Origin: a virus
Taxonomy: Duplodnaviria > Caudoviricetes
Direction: 5' to 3' (one strand)
DNA length: 64,000 nucleotides
Virus record (IMG/VR): IMGVR_UViG_3300020045_004648
Coordinates: 20,369-84,368 of that record
Positions 49,562-58,588 of the stretch are shown here, one piece after another. A model generated the notes under the pieces. The model saw only the letters and a list, made by a program, of their open reading frames with translations, ran no database searches and was not told where the DNA came from. The position numbers were made by a program, and so were the translations under genes. Each line of letters starts with the position of its first letter. Position 1 is the stretch's first letter.

Positions 49562-49900
49562 TTAGATATTTGAGCCATCTACCGGAACCGGCCCAGGAAT
49601 CACACCTGCACAAAACGCCTCACACTCCGCCAGCGTAGGCGGCACCAAATCAGCCCACCTCTTGGCATAATCCTTAGCGCATTCGGTATGCAGAACTTCG
49701 GGGTGCATCAGCATATAACCGGCTTTAGCTGCAAAATCAGAGGTACACGGAGTTGTTGTGCTGATCGTGGTTTCGTTCAGATCGGGGCAGAACGACTTGT
49801 CGCCGCCAGTATCGGGATCAAGTGCACGCCCAATCTTGGCCGCGATCTCTGCGAGGGTGGCGGGTAGGCGGATCGTGATGGTTGCGTCGTAAGGTCTCAC
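49562..49900 (-). CDS. Hypothetical protein in the inserted cassette
   Basis: GTGA overlap with the upstream gene; GC-richer codons. Confidence 0.7.
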   Translation of the reverse strand: MRPYDATITIRLPATLAEIAAKIGRALDPDTGGDKSFCPDLNETTISTTTPCTSDFAAKAGYMLMHPEVLHTECAKDYAKRWADLVPPTLAECEAFCAGVIPGPVPVDGSNI

Positions 49901-50688
49901 AGTGTTACCCCCGAGAGATTGGCGACTAGGCGCTCAAGCAGTTTGAGCTTGTCGTCGGGCACTGTGCCTTTTATCGCTATGGTCGGGTATAGAGAGCCAT
50001 TGAAATGCGCCCCATCAAAACCCCCAATAGTCCCACCAGTCAAAACGTTTGTTTTTGATGGCACCGTACCAGAGCCAACAACAACCCCATTTTTTCGCAA
50101 GGAAAACGCGGTTGATCTGCATAACGTTGTTACGACAATAGCCTCGCCAATAGCCGTACTCCCTGCGTCTGAAATGGTAGTGTTTGGGTAATATCCATCT
50201 CCCAAAAATCTGGCACTCAGCTTGCCCGCCTCAAGGGATACACCGCCGACAATAGCCGCTGAACCTGATGCAACACACCATGCCCGTGTTGTCAGCGATG
50301 CAGCTTTTAGGCCACCGACAACACACCAGCTATCCGTCATATCAAACGACGGCGCGCTCAGGGCCAGTGAGTCATTGCTGCCATCAAATAGCCAGAAGTA
50401 TTTGCCACCGGATAGCTTCAGTTGTGGCTTGTTTGCCGTGGTCGGCTGGGTGGCAGCAATCGACCCGATAGCGTCAGACACTTTGCCAACGGGGTTATCA
50501 ACCGTTGCAGGCGTAGTACCAGCACTATCGAGCCAGTTCCCCGCAGTCAGGCCGTTGAGCGTGCCAACGCCGGGCAGCCAGACGTGGGCGTTTGCGCCGA
50601 GGCTTTGGAGGTAGGCGACAGCCTGGGTTGCCTCATCTACCCCCATGCTGGCTATGATTTGCGCTAGTAATGTCTTATTGAGACCCAT
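49897..50688 (-). CDS. Putative virion-surface protein with lectin/LamG-like beta-sandwich
   Basis: Start moved to MGLNK; YFWLFDGSNDSL..., SLRKNGVVVG, IGGFDGAHFNGSLY. Confidence 0.6.
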   Translation of the reverse strand: MGLNKTLLAQIIASMGVDEATQAVAYLQSLGANAHVWLPGVGTLNGLTAGNWLDSAGTTPATVDNPVGKVSDAIGSIAATQPTTANKPQLKLSGGKYFWLFDGSNDSLALSAPSFDMTDSWCVVGGLKAASLTTRAWCVASGSAAIVGGVSLEAGKLSARFLGDGYYPNTTISDAGSTAIGEAIVVTTLCRSTAFSLRKNGVVVGSGTVPSKTNVLTGGTIGGFDGAHFNGSLYPTIAIKGTVPDDKLKLLERLVANLSGVTL

Positions 50689-50693
50689 GATCG

Positions 50694-51200
50694 TTACGCC
50701 TTGGAGCCAACAACGTCGTAGGTATCGACGCCGGTCTGCGTTAAAGCTGCCCATGGGTTTGTTGCTCCAGTAGTGCGGACATCTGTCACTGTAGCTGACC
50801 CTGTGAATGTGATAACGCCCTTGAATGCAACGCCAAATCCAACCGGCAGGCCTGTGTTTACGGTTGCGACCTGAGCCGATGCACACACCAGAGTCTGCCC
50901 GTTGTCTGCGTCAGTCAGGGCGCGGAACGTAAATGCATACGGGCTGGCCGTGCCGCCTACCTGTACGCCGCCCGCCAAAATTCCAACCCCCCCGGTGACA
51001 GGATTAGTTCTTGCAGTAACAAACAAATCCCCTGTAGTTGCAGGAGCAAGATTAATCATCATCTCACCAGCAGCATTAACTGGGTTATACCCTTTAGGTA
51101 ACGTACCCGCTACTCCCCTACCACCTGTACCTAACCGTGCTACAACCTCTCCTTCTGTATTAACAGGTAGACCTTGAATTTCTGTAATATTATCTGGCAT
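50694..51200 (-). CDS. Chimeric protein: 67-aa conserved N-domain fused to a cassette-derived C-domain
   Basis: N-terminus clearly similar to 55958..56176; junction at TNP. Confidence 0.8.
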   Translation of the reverse strand: MPDNITEIQGLPVNTEGEVVARLGTGGRGVAGTLPKGYNPVNAAGEMMINLAPATTGDLFVTARTNPVTGGVGILAGGVQVGGTASPYAFTFRALTDADNGQTLVCASAQVATVNTGLPVGFGVAFKGVITFTGSATVTDVRTTGATNPWAALTQTGVDTYDVVGSKA

Positions 51201-51235
51201 TTGATTTCCTTAGTTTTTGTTTTACACGTTTTCGT

Positions 51236-51931
51236 TTAGTCAATGTATTCCCACCTGAACCCCATGTAAGATGGTTTTGTACCTCTACAAACTTTTGAGA
51301 TTGGGCTTGTTGAGCCTTCTACAAAGGAGGCTGCTTCGGAAACACTTTTAAAAATAACGCCTGTTTCTATGCATCTAACCCTTCTGCGCGTTGCTGCTGC
51401 CGTCTTTTCAATACTTTCTTTTGATTTCTTTTTACCAAAAAGAGGGTGGTTTTCACCGCAGAATCGCCCAACACGAGAATCAGATATTTTCTTTTTAGTT
51501 TCTTCTGATAAAATCCTGGTTCTATTACTCTCGGCAATCTTCTGTTTATGACTTTCTGAGAAGACACGTCCTTTTAACTTTTCTGATCTTTTCACATTAG
51601 ATTCGTCAGATGGTACGTACCCAGATTGCCCCTCTCCTCCATCTGTGAGATTGCACAGATACCCATGCCCAGTGTTTCGTCTTCCATACAATGCAATAAG
51701 TTGCTGTTCTACTTCAAAAGCAGCCCACTCTTGTAGCTTATCTCGGTGAATAATAACCTTGACCCCATACTTTTTTGCAGTTCTTTTCCACATAGGATTA
51801 CGGTCAAAATGGCCCTTGTACCTTTTTCTGCAACCTTTTCCTACATAAAATGGTTTACCATCTGTAGCCCTAACATGTACATAAACGTAGAAATCTTCTG
51901 GCTCTTGCTGAAATGTTTTTATAATCTCCAT
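51236..51931 (-). CDS. Free-standing GIY-YIG-like homing endonuclease with NUMOD3/NUMOD1-like repeats
   Basis: FYVYVH..TDGKPFYVGKG..KR; YLCNLTDGGEG; HSE/SEETKKKIS-type repeats; RVRCIETGVIFKSVSEAA. Confidence 0.85.
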   Translation of the reverse strand: MEIIKTFQQEPEDFYVYVHVRATDGKPFYVGKGCRKRYKGHFDRNPMWKRTAKKYGVKVIIHRDKLQEWAAFEVEQQLIALYGRRNTGHGYLCNLTDGGEGQSGYVPSDESNVKRSEKLKGRVFSESHKQKIAESNRTRILSEETKKKISDSRVGRFCGENHPLFGKKKSKESIEKTAAATRRRVRCIETGVIFKSVSEAASFVEGSTSPISKVCRGTKPSYMGFRWEYID

Positions 51932-51944
51932 CTTCCTCCCTAAA

Positions 51945-53405
51945 CTATCCAACATTTTCAAGATTGTTTGAAGATGTATCTTGACCACTTACATTAGTAG
52001 CAGTGCCCTCCCCAGGCGAAACCATACCATCAGAAGCCCTGCTAGTTTCAGGAGTCAACAAATCTTGCTGTGGAGGTAAATCTTCCGGTAATGGATCAAT
52101 ACCAATACCTTGACGCACTGCGTTAAGTACAGCACGATCTTTCTCAAGCAGACCAACAGACGCGACACGTTGCAAATATTTACTCAAGCTCTCGATGTCT
52201 GTATTATCCAAACCATCAAAATCAAGTTTACCCATACGTTCGGTCGGCCATGAATTAATTTCATACGTTTGCCGAATCAAGTCATTCTGGATGACTTCCG
52301 CAATATTAGAAATCAAACGTTCTGCATAAGCACCTGAGAGGCTATTTTTAATAGCACCTAAAGCAAAAGAGCCAGTGGTTCCGACTCCCTGTAAAAGTAT
52401 GTCTGCAAAAAGGGAGATAAAGATCAAACCACGGTAGTATTCTTTAATCTTATTTAGATCAAAGTTCTTCTTACCATCAGAAGAAAGCAACTTAATATCA
52501 TACAAGGGCTTACCTTGCTCATCATAAAGACTTGGTAAGATAATCCCCATCTGTTCACCAACTTGGAGATTGCGGATGGCATTTTCAAAGTATAGTCTCT
52601 GTTCCTGATCACCATCAGCAGCAAGTACTTGTGGAGGCAAACTCAAAACTGGAATTCCGTTCAAATCCTTAGCTACGCCTAATGCTTCAAGCTCTTCTAA
52701 CTGAGTAAGAAATCTCCAAGCAAGATATGCGTCACGCAAAGGAGACTTACCAAAAGGATCACCACGATGTTTTCCTGTGCGGAAAAGCATAAACTTACTC
52801 CGTGGAAGATTAATGAGATTACTACGCTTACTAAAACGGTTATAAATATCATTGATAGCAGAAAGATTCTGCTGTACCCCAATAACATCATTTCCATCTT
52901 CAGAGAAGATAAACTTAGAAATACTTTCTTGAACACGAATAGGAAGTCTCTTCCAACCGATAATACCGTCATCATAAAGACTGCCATTAGCCTTCAGACG
53001 CTTACGATATACCTTCTCATGCACAGAGAATCCAAATATGTTGGAGCTTAGGATATCTCGCACAAACTCAGGCCATGATTGATCCATGTCTTGCATCATT
53101 TGATTGATGATTTTGACTTGATTCTTCTCTTCTTCTGTAGCATTCTCTGGTGGTTTGTAAACCCAAGTAGCTCTAGAGATAATGTTTTCAAAAAGAGTCA
53201 ACGGGGCGTTGATAGCCGAATGGTACGACATTTCACGAAAAGTATTAATACTATGAGGCCAGTTCAACTCTCGTTTGAGTTCGTCTTGTGTAACTCCACT
53301 ATACACCCGAAGGCCAAGGCTACCAAGTTCACCTAGTCTAAACCTCTCTGGCTGATCCAAAGGACTAATAACTGCCTTTGTGACTGTTTTCTTTCTTGTG
53401 ACCAT
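51945..53405 (-). CDS. Portal protein
   Basis: 486 aa directly after terminase; DPFGKSPLRDAY, GSFALG. Confidence 0.85.
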   Translation of the reverse strand: MVTRKKTVTKAVISPLDQPERFRLGELGSLGLRVYSGVTQDELKRELNWPHSINTFREMSYHSAINAPLTLFENIISRATWVYKPPENATEEEKNQVKIINQMMQDMDQSWPEFVRDILSSNIFGFSVHEKVYRKRLKANGSLYDDGIIGWKRLPIRVQESISKFIFSEDGNDVIGVQQNLSAINDIYNRFSKRSNLINLPRSKFMLFRTGKHRGDPFGKSPLRDAYLAWRFLTQLEELEALGVAKDLNGIPVLSLPPQVLAADGDQEQRLYFENAIRNLQVGEQMGIILPSLYDEQGKPLYDIKLLSSDGKKNFDLNKIKEYYRGLIFISLFADILLQGVGTTGSFALGAIKNSLSGAYAERLISNIAEVIQNDLIRQTYEINSWPTERMGKLDFDGLDNTDIESLSKYLQRVASVGLLEKDRAVLNAVRQGIGIDPLPEDLPPQQDLLTPETSRASDGMVSPGEGTATNVSGQDTSSNNLENVG

Positions 53406-53414
53406 GAGTCTCCC

Positions 53415-54920
53415 TTATTTAATATTGAATGACGGTAACGTAAAAGAAGTTCTACCTTGGCCGTATGAATTGTGAAAAGATGGTAATGATTGACCAGTCA
53501 TTGAAAGATTAGGAAGTGTCATTAGTGGAATCTCTTTAATCTGATTTAGAACTAAAATAGCATCAGATAAAGTATCACAAATGTCATCGTGAAACCCGTT
53601 TTTAGCCCCCGTAAAGACTTCAAGTTCTTTAAAGCATTCTTCTAACCACTCTGCTTTTACGAACCTAACTCGATGGGCTTCAGCCAGAGATGAAAAAGGA
53701 AGAAAACGAGTTAACTTAGATTTCTGTGTTTTCACTAACTTAACATAAAATCCTAGTTCAGCAAGTCTTGCTTTCATGGAATTTGCATAAGCGATTCCTG
53801 CTGCACCTGGGTCAACAGCAAGTACAATTGTGACTCCAACACCGTCTTCTTTAGCAGTGTTGATAATCAACTCTTCAACTTTATGTGGTCTATCTCTAAG
53901 GCTTACAATATCTTCTACCGTGTAGAAACTACTTGCATCTTTACTAACGAGGCTTCCCCTAGTCCAATCAGGATCAGGCTGGGCAGTGCTGGGCAAGGAG
54001 GAACTTTGATCCCATACACGAACCCTTTTTCGTAGAGTGTCAGGGGGGTACAACAAAATATCACACCAATCTCTCTTAAAATACCCAGACTCTTCTTCTT
54101 TTGCCACCCATGATCCATCCAACATAATCCTACGGCGAATTGTTGGGTAACCTTGTAAGTTAGAAAGATACTCTGGGTTTGCTCTAAGTAGTGGTAGGTT
54201 ATCTGTTACGTGCGCACGGATAGACCTGAAGGAACGTGGAATAATCTTGTGTCCACCCGCCATTGGGATTGTATCACAGTATATCAGTGCGTCTTCTTTA
54301 GTTGCAAACCAAAGTGGTTTATCATTTTGTATTACAAACCATCTTTCAATATTTGATTTTTCTTTAAGAGGAATTCCATATTCATCAAGATAGAAGTCTT
54401 TAATCCAATGATAAATACCATGATCAAATTTTGGATTTGTAGACCAAAACATTTGAGGAACATACTTCGTTTTTGCACTACGTAATCGCCCAAGAAGTGG
54501 TAAAATGTAAGTCTCAAACGGGAAGGTGGTGGCCTCATCAAAGAAAATGGCTGAGTATTGGGCTCCAAGTGCTTTGTCTACATCAGATGGGTGCTGTAGT
54601 GATTTGAACTTCAGGTAGGAGTTTGTAGAAGGAACATATATTTCCAACTCGTTTGATCTAACCTTACAGTCTGGGAACATCTTACGGAAAATAGGTACGG
54701 CTTCTTGCCAAATACCCCCCGCATCTTTCATTTCGCCCATTGTTCTACGAAAACAGACTATGGTAGAATTTTGCATTGCTGCAAATTTAACCATGTTAAG
54801 CACAACAGCAAATGTCTTACCTGCACCTTGGGCTCCCGCATAGAGGGTGATAGTCGAGGTTGATGCCAAGAACTGCTCTTGTGGTACACTCGCTGGGGCA
54901 AGAATCATTTGTTCATCCAT
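53415..54920 (-). CDS. terL: Terminase large subunit
   Basis: GAQGAGKT Walker A, IFFDEAT Walker B, nuclease VWD...PDWT...HDDICD. Confidence 0.92.
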   Translation of the reverse strand: MDEQMILAPASVPQEQFLASTSTITLYAGAQGAGKTFAVVLNMVKFAAMQNSTIVCFRRTMGEMKDAGGIWQEAVPIFRKMFPDCKVRSNELEIYVPSTNSYLKFKSLQHPSDVDKALGAQYSAIFFDEATTFPFETYILPLLGRLRSAKTKYVPQMFWSTNPKFDHGIYHWIKDFYLDEYGIPLKEKSNIERWFVIQNDKPLWFATKEDALIYCDTIPMAGGHKIIPRSFRSIRAHVTDNLPLLRANPEYLSNLQGYPTIRRRIMLDGSWVAKEEESGYFKRDWCDILLYPPDTLRKRVRVWDQSSSLPSTAQPDPDWTRGSLVSKDASSFYTVEDIVSLRDRPHKVEELIINTAKEDGVGVTIVLAVDPGAAGIAYANSMKARLAELGFYVKLVKTQKSKLTRFLPFSSLAEAHRVRFVKAEWLEECFKELEVFTGAKNGFHDDICDTLSDAILVLNQIKEIPLMTLPNLSMTGQSLPSFHNSYGQGRTSFTLPSFNIK

Positions 54921-54928
54921 GCTGTCCT

Positions 54929-55318
54929 TTATTGGTTTTCTTCGTTATTTATAATCTTTAAGCTGAAAGTGGGTCTATTACTGGGCTGCACGTCTTCTAC
55001 CTTAGTTTCGCTTTCTGGTACTTCCCCATCCCCCGAAGGCGCATAGAGCTTATCCATACACAGCGTGAAATACTTCAAATAAATCTCAGCAGCCTTCAAC
55101 TTCGCAGCTTCACTTGCCTTTTCATTATTCAAAATCTTCAATGCTTCTTTCAGTGCAACTTGTGCGCCTGGTTTGAGCTTTCTCGCAAGGGTAAGCATCT
55201 CTTTATCTTTAGCTTCCCTTCGGGTGAGCGTTTTCTCGTCTTTCTTTAGAGGCCTCCCACGGGAATTTATCGCAGGATCGACCTTTCCACCATTGTCTTT
55301 TCGTGCTTTAAACACCAT
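54929..55318 (-). CDS. terS: Terminase small subunit (putative)
   Basis: INSRGRP motif; directly upstream of terL. Confidence 0.6.
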   Translation of the reverse strand: MVFKARKDNGGKVDPAINSRGRPLKKDEKTLTRREAKDKEMLTLARKLKPGAQVALKEALKILNNEKASEAAKLKAAEIYLKYFTLCMDKLYAPSGDGEVPESETKVEDVQPSNRPTFSLKIINNEENQ

Positions 55319-55338
55319 ATGTATTCTCCAAATACTAA

Positions 55339-55860
55339 AGCCCGAATTCTCGGGCTGAATGAAATCTAGGCTTGTCTTTCCAAGCTGCCATCTGTTTACA
55401 TCCGGTTTTAATCGTATGTCTTAACCTTTGCAGGTCATATGCGTGTAGCACTATGGGGCGCACAACAGAAACCCTCGACTGTGCTTGGTATTTACCAAGG
55501 CTGAATTAAATAGATACTAGTCAGACTCCACATTGAGCGTGTTCGCTTATAGAGTAAACTATATTGACGTGCTAGCCTAGTATCTAGAATATGTCTGCTT
55601 TTATAGTTGCTTAACAGCCCAACTTGTCATGACGCCTGCAATACTTTGGCGAGTATCGGCTGGAACCATAACGGCACCTAAGGTAGTTAGGATTGGGAGT
55701 TCACTTCACGACATTTCGACTATGATTGTCTGGTGTGGTACTTAGTGAACATAGAAGATGTAAGGCAGGCTGCACACATTATCATTAAGTTGCGCTTCGA
55801 TATTTAACGTGACCTTAGGTCATTCCGCAACGCCCTTTACCCGCACAGTTTCTGGCCTTA
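55339..55860 (-). ncRNA. Candidate large multi-helix non-coding RNA (about 520 nt)
   Basis: No ORF of 60 aa or more within 55359-55957; about ten hairpin and long-range helices; directly downstream of a tRNA-like element; strand inferred from context. Confidence 0.7.
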
Positions 55861-55866
55861 CAAAAC

Positions 55867-55940
55867 TGGATGCAGGTAGTGGTAACGCTTCACTCTCAGT
55901 AAGGCTTATGAGGCCTTCTGGGTCACTTGACCTACCTGCT
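55867..55940 (-). tRNA. Degenerate tRNA-like RNA, anticodon CAU
   Basis: GCAGGT/ACCTGC acceptor with 1:72 mismatch, AAGGC-CTCATAA-GCCTT anticodon arm, 3' CCA; 4-nt D-loop and non-canonical T-loop. Confidence 0.6.
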
Positions 55941-55957
55941 GTGATTTAGAAAGATAT

Positions 55958-56176
55958 CTAATGTTTGTGCTTGAGAGGATTAGTTTTAGCCGTTACAAAA
56001 GACTCCCCTGCTACCGCAGGGGCCAAGTTAACAACCATCTCACCTTGAAGATTAACCGGGTTGTAATCCCTTGGCAATGTACCTGTGATTGTCCTACCAC
56101 CTGTACCCATCCTTGCTACAACTTCCCCTTCAAGATTAATTGGAAGCCCATATTGTTCTACTACGTTATCAGTCAT
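55958..56176 (-). CDS. 72-aa protein, uninterrupted paralog of the 50694..51200 N-domain
   Basis: GLP.N.EGEVVAR.GTGGR...GTLP..YNPVN..GEM..NLAPA..G..FVTA.TNP shared. Confidence 0.8.
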   Translation of the reverse strand: MTDNVVEQYGLPINLEGEVVARMGTGGRTITGTLPRDYNPVNLQGEMVVNLAPAVAGESFVTAKTNPLKHKH

Positions 56177-56215
56177 TTAATTCCCTTAGTTGTGCCGTGT
56201 TAAAATTTTAATTAT

Positions 56216-56392
56216 TCAATCATAAAACACAGGCTTAGTAGCACCTGTTGGATTAAGCAAATGATCTACTTCTAATGTATCTTCATCATCAAACATTGGA
56301 ACTGTACTACTATAAGCGCACAAATCACAATGATCTGTATCGTTATAAGGAGACAACCTATAGTAGTTCTGACAAGTAAGGCAAGTAGGCAT
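56216..56392 (-). CDS. 58-aa Zn-finger-like protein
   Basis: Below the track cut-off; MPTCLTC...HCDLC. Confidence 0.55.
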   Translation of the reverse strand: MPTCLTCQNYYRLSPYNDTDHCDLCAYSSTVPMFDDEDTLEVDHLLNPTGATKPVFYD

Positions 56393-56429
56393 GATGTTTA
56401 TTATTATTGTTATAAGAGTGAAAAAAGTA

Positions 56430-56563
56430 ACCCTTCTGATGCGCTTCTCTGAGAGGCGTGAAGGGTTTGTATGTGAAGGTTATGGTTCCTTCTTCTGCCG
56501 CAGATGCCCAATTAGGCACGAACACAGACAGTTAGGCTTTACTCAGTGGCTCATCAGAAGGGT
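56430..56563 (-). ncRNA. Candidate ~135-nt structured RNA element
   Basis: 12-bp perfect closing stem ACCCTTCTGATG/CATCAGAAGGGT, three internal helices, T-run after the stem on the minus strand. Confidence 0.5.
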
Positions 56564-56694
56564 GAAGTGCATAATTACTCTAAGTTGAAAGGAGATTAAA
56601 GACTCAGAGTACGCACTAGAGGTCATTGAACTTGAGTAAAGCTTTAAGTCATTCAATTGCTAATCTTGATTATACCATCAAAATATCTAAAAGT

Positions 56695-57195
56695 CTAGTC
56701 AAATACACAATATTTAGTCAATATCTTACTATACTTCAATTGCAACTTTAATTGCTGCCTTCTAGCAACAACAATATCTTGAATAATCTTACTCTTCTCA
56801 ATTCCACCGTCAAAGTACTTCAAGATATAAGAGAACTGATCTGTAGCATGAGGAATAATATGTATTCCACCTGTAAGATTTCTATGAGCTTCTTTGATTT
56901 GCCTGAAAACTGCCCTAGATACCAAGGAAAGATTTTGGATTCTGTTGTCTTCTGTTGCAAGATTCTTGTGAAGAACCTTCTGATCTTCTCTTGGTATGAT
57001 AGAAAAAGCCAAGTAGTACGCTATGCGTTCTAGTTTATATTTTCTTGTTTTAGGCTTGGCTTTAGAATCAAAGATGACTACAATTCCATCGTTATCGCAC
57101 GTAAGAATACGATTAGACTTCTTTATAGTCACTTTACCAGTCTCAGGGTTATACTCCAGAAGCTCTTTTAGTCGCTCTAGAGATTGCTTATTCAT
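56695..57195 (-). CDS. HNH-endonuclease-like protein, possibly degenerate
   Basis: RLKELLEYNPETG start; VLHKNLATEDNRIQNL HNH-like remnant. Confidence 0.6.
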   Translation of the reverse strand: MNKQSLERLKELLEYNPETGKVTIKKSNRILTCDNDGIVVIFDSKAKPKTRKYKLERIAYYLAFSIIPREDQKVLHKNLATEDNRIQNLSLVSRAVFRQIKEAHRNLTGGIHIIPHATDQFSYILKYFDGGIEKSKIIQDIVVARRQQLKLQLKYSKILTKYCVFD

Positions 57196-57860
57196 TCCTG
57201 AGATGGTTCTTTCTTTTTACGTGGGGTCTTTGGAGTGACTTCATCTTTTTCTAGTGATTGCATCTCTTCTTCAAATCGTTGTTTACGAATTTCATCCCTG
57301 CGTGCAAGTCGCTCGTTAATCTGGTCGTAGTCTAGACGGAGTTCCAAACCAGAAAACACGGACTCCAATTCAGAAGGAGAAACGAAATCTTGGTATGCAT
57401 CAGTAAGAATCTTTCTGGCTTGTTTATCTACAAAAATAGTCTGACTCACCATATTTGATTGATGATTATACCCACCAAAACTTGCAGAGTGAATCATCAT
57501 AGTAGAGTACGGCTTGATACAAAGACCATCACATGATAAGAGAATTACTGTAGCAGCACTAGCCGCTTCTCCACTAAGAGTTCCGATCACAGGGGCTTCG
57601 CAGTCTCTAATTGCATTAATCAAATAAATCAAACCGTCGAGTCTTCCTCCTGGTGAATTTACTTTAAGATCAACAATATCATTTTCACTCAAAGACTCCA
57701 TTTCTTCAACTAAGTCAAAGTAGTGGTCGGGCCCCATGACTCCTTCATTCAAATTTACAATCAACTCAAAAGATGGGTATGCTTTTTTGTAGTATTGAAC
57801 TTTCTTTTTACTTGGTAAATCTTCATCTTCTTCATCATTACGTGCAAATTTTGTACTCAT
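57192..57860 (-). CDS. clpP: ClpP-like serine protease
   Basis: VNSPGG, EAASAA (catalytic Ser), MMIHS (His). Confidence 0.8.
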   Translation of the reverse strand: MSTKFARNDEEDEDLPSKKKVQYYKKAYPSFELIVNLNEGVMGPDHYFDLVEEMESLSENDIVDLKVNSPGGRLDGLIYLINAIRDCEAPVIGTLSGEAASAATVILLSCDGLCIKPYSTMMIHSASFGGYNHQSNMVSQTIFVDKQARKILTDAYQDFVSPSELESVFSGLELRLDYDQINERLARRDEIRKQRFEEEMQSLEKDEVTPKTPRKKKEPSQE

Positions 57861-58588
57861 TGCTTGTCCTTTCCGTGACTTTCTTTATAATCCCCATTCA
57901 GAATTAAATCTGCAAGTGCCTCTTCCCTTGCCAGTGCTGCCATTTGGAAAGCTGGTAAAAGCCCGTATTTATTAACACTGAAACATACAGATACCTTCTT
58001 CCCATCCAAACCTACCCATTGAGCGTAGGCTCCTGTGTAATTTCCCTGGTGTTTCCACCCGACACCCATAATATTAGAAGTATTATTAGATGGTCTTACT
58101 CTATTTTTTGACTGTTCGGCCTGTTTTGCCCACTTTACATTACCTTTGAGATAACCCTTGGTGGTATCGATCCTTTCAACACCCCATTCAGATGTATTCT
58201 CTGGTGGTTCTCCGATTTCTAGATAAAAAGCAAGAAAGTCATTCCTCCATTCTTCTTCCATCTTAATACCAGCAGCGCCGTACGTTGGGTAGTCTATGTC
58301 ACTGTGGTTATAACAACGTGCTTTTATGTGATTCCACGAACTATATACCTTTGTCTTGTGGGCCAAGCCATGCTTAAAATTTGCGTTAGCTTCTCCTCTT
58401 GGTTTAGAGCAACCACAAGATTTTGAAGCCCCTGAACGTAGGTCACTTTGCAATACTTCTTTCTCTAATCCGCAGATACATCTACACATCCATTTAGATT
58501 GTCTTGTGATTGGATTTCTGCTAGAAAAATACTGTACTTTCCAGTTACCCATTTCTTTACCTGAAAGATCAAGTTTCTTTTTCTGCAT
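57857..58588 (-). CDS. HNH/AP2-type homing endonuclease
   Basis: CRCICG, SKSCGC, SWNHIKARCYN...YG..GI, ERIDTTKGY.KGNVKWA, AP2-like tail. Confidence 0.82.
   Translation of the reverse strand: MQKKKLDLSGKEMGNWKVQYFSSRNPITRQSKWMCRCICGLEKEVLQSDLRSGASKSCGCSKPRGEANANFKHGLAHKTKVYSSWNHIKARCYNHSDIDYPTYGAAGIKMEEEWRNDFLAFYLEIGEPPENTSEWGVERIDTTKGYLKGNVKWAKQAEQSKNRVRPSNNTSNIMGVGWKHQGNYTGAYAQWVGLDGKKVSVCFSVNKYGLLPAFQMAALAREEALADLILNGDYKESHGKDKQ

Larger units (their letters stand above)
49559..51007. mobile_element. GC-richer inserted cassette bounded by a 7-bp direct repeat GGATTAG
   Basis: GGATTAG at 49559-49565 and 51001-51007; removal restores ...RTNPLKHKH-stop as in the paralog at 55958. Confidence 0.8.

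Noticed and set aside
56430-56563. CUGAUGAG on the minus strand as a hammerhead core
   Set aside because: No GAAA after the putative stem II (reads GGCAGAAG), and CUGAUG is tied up in the 12-bp closing stem; kept only as a generic structured element.
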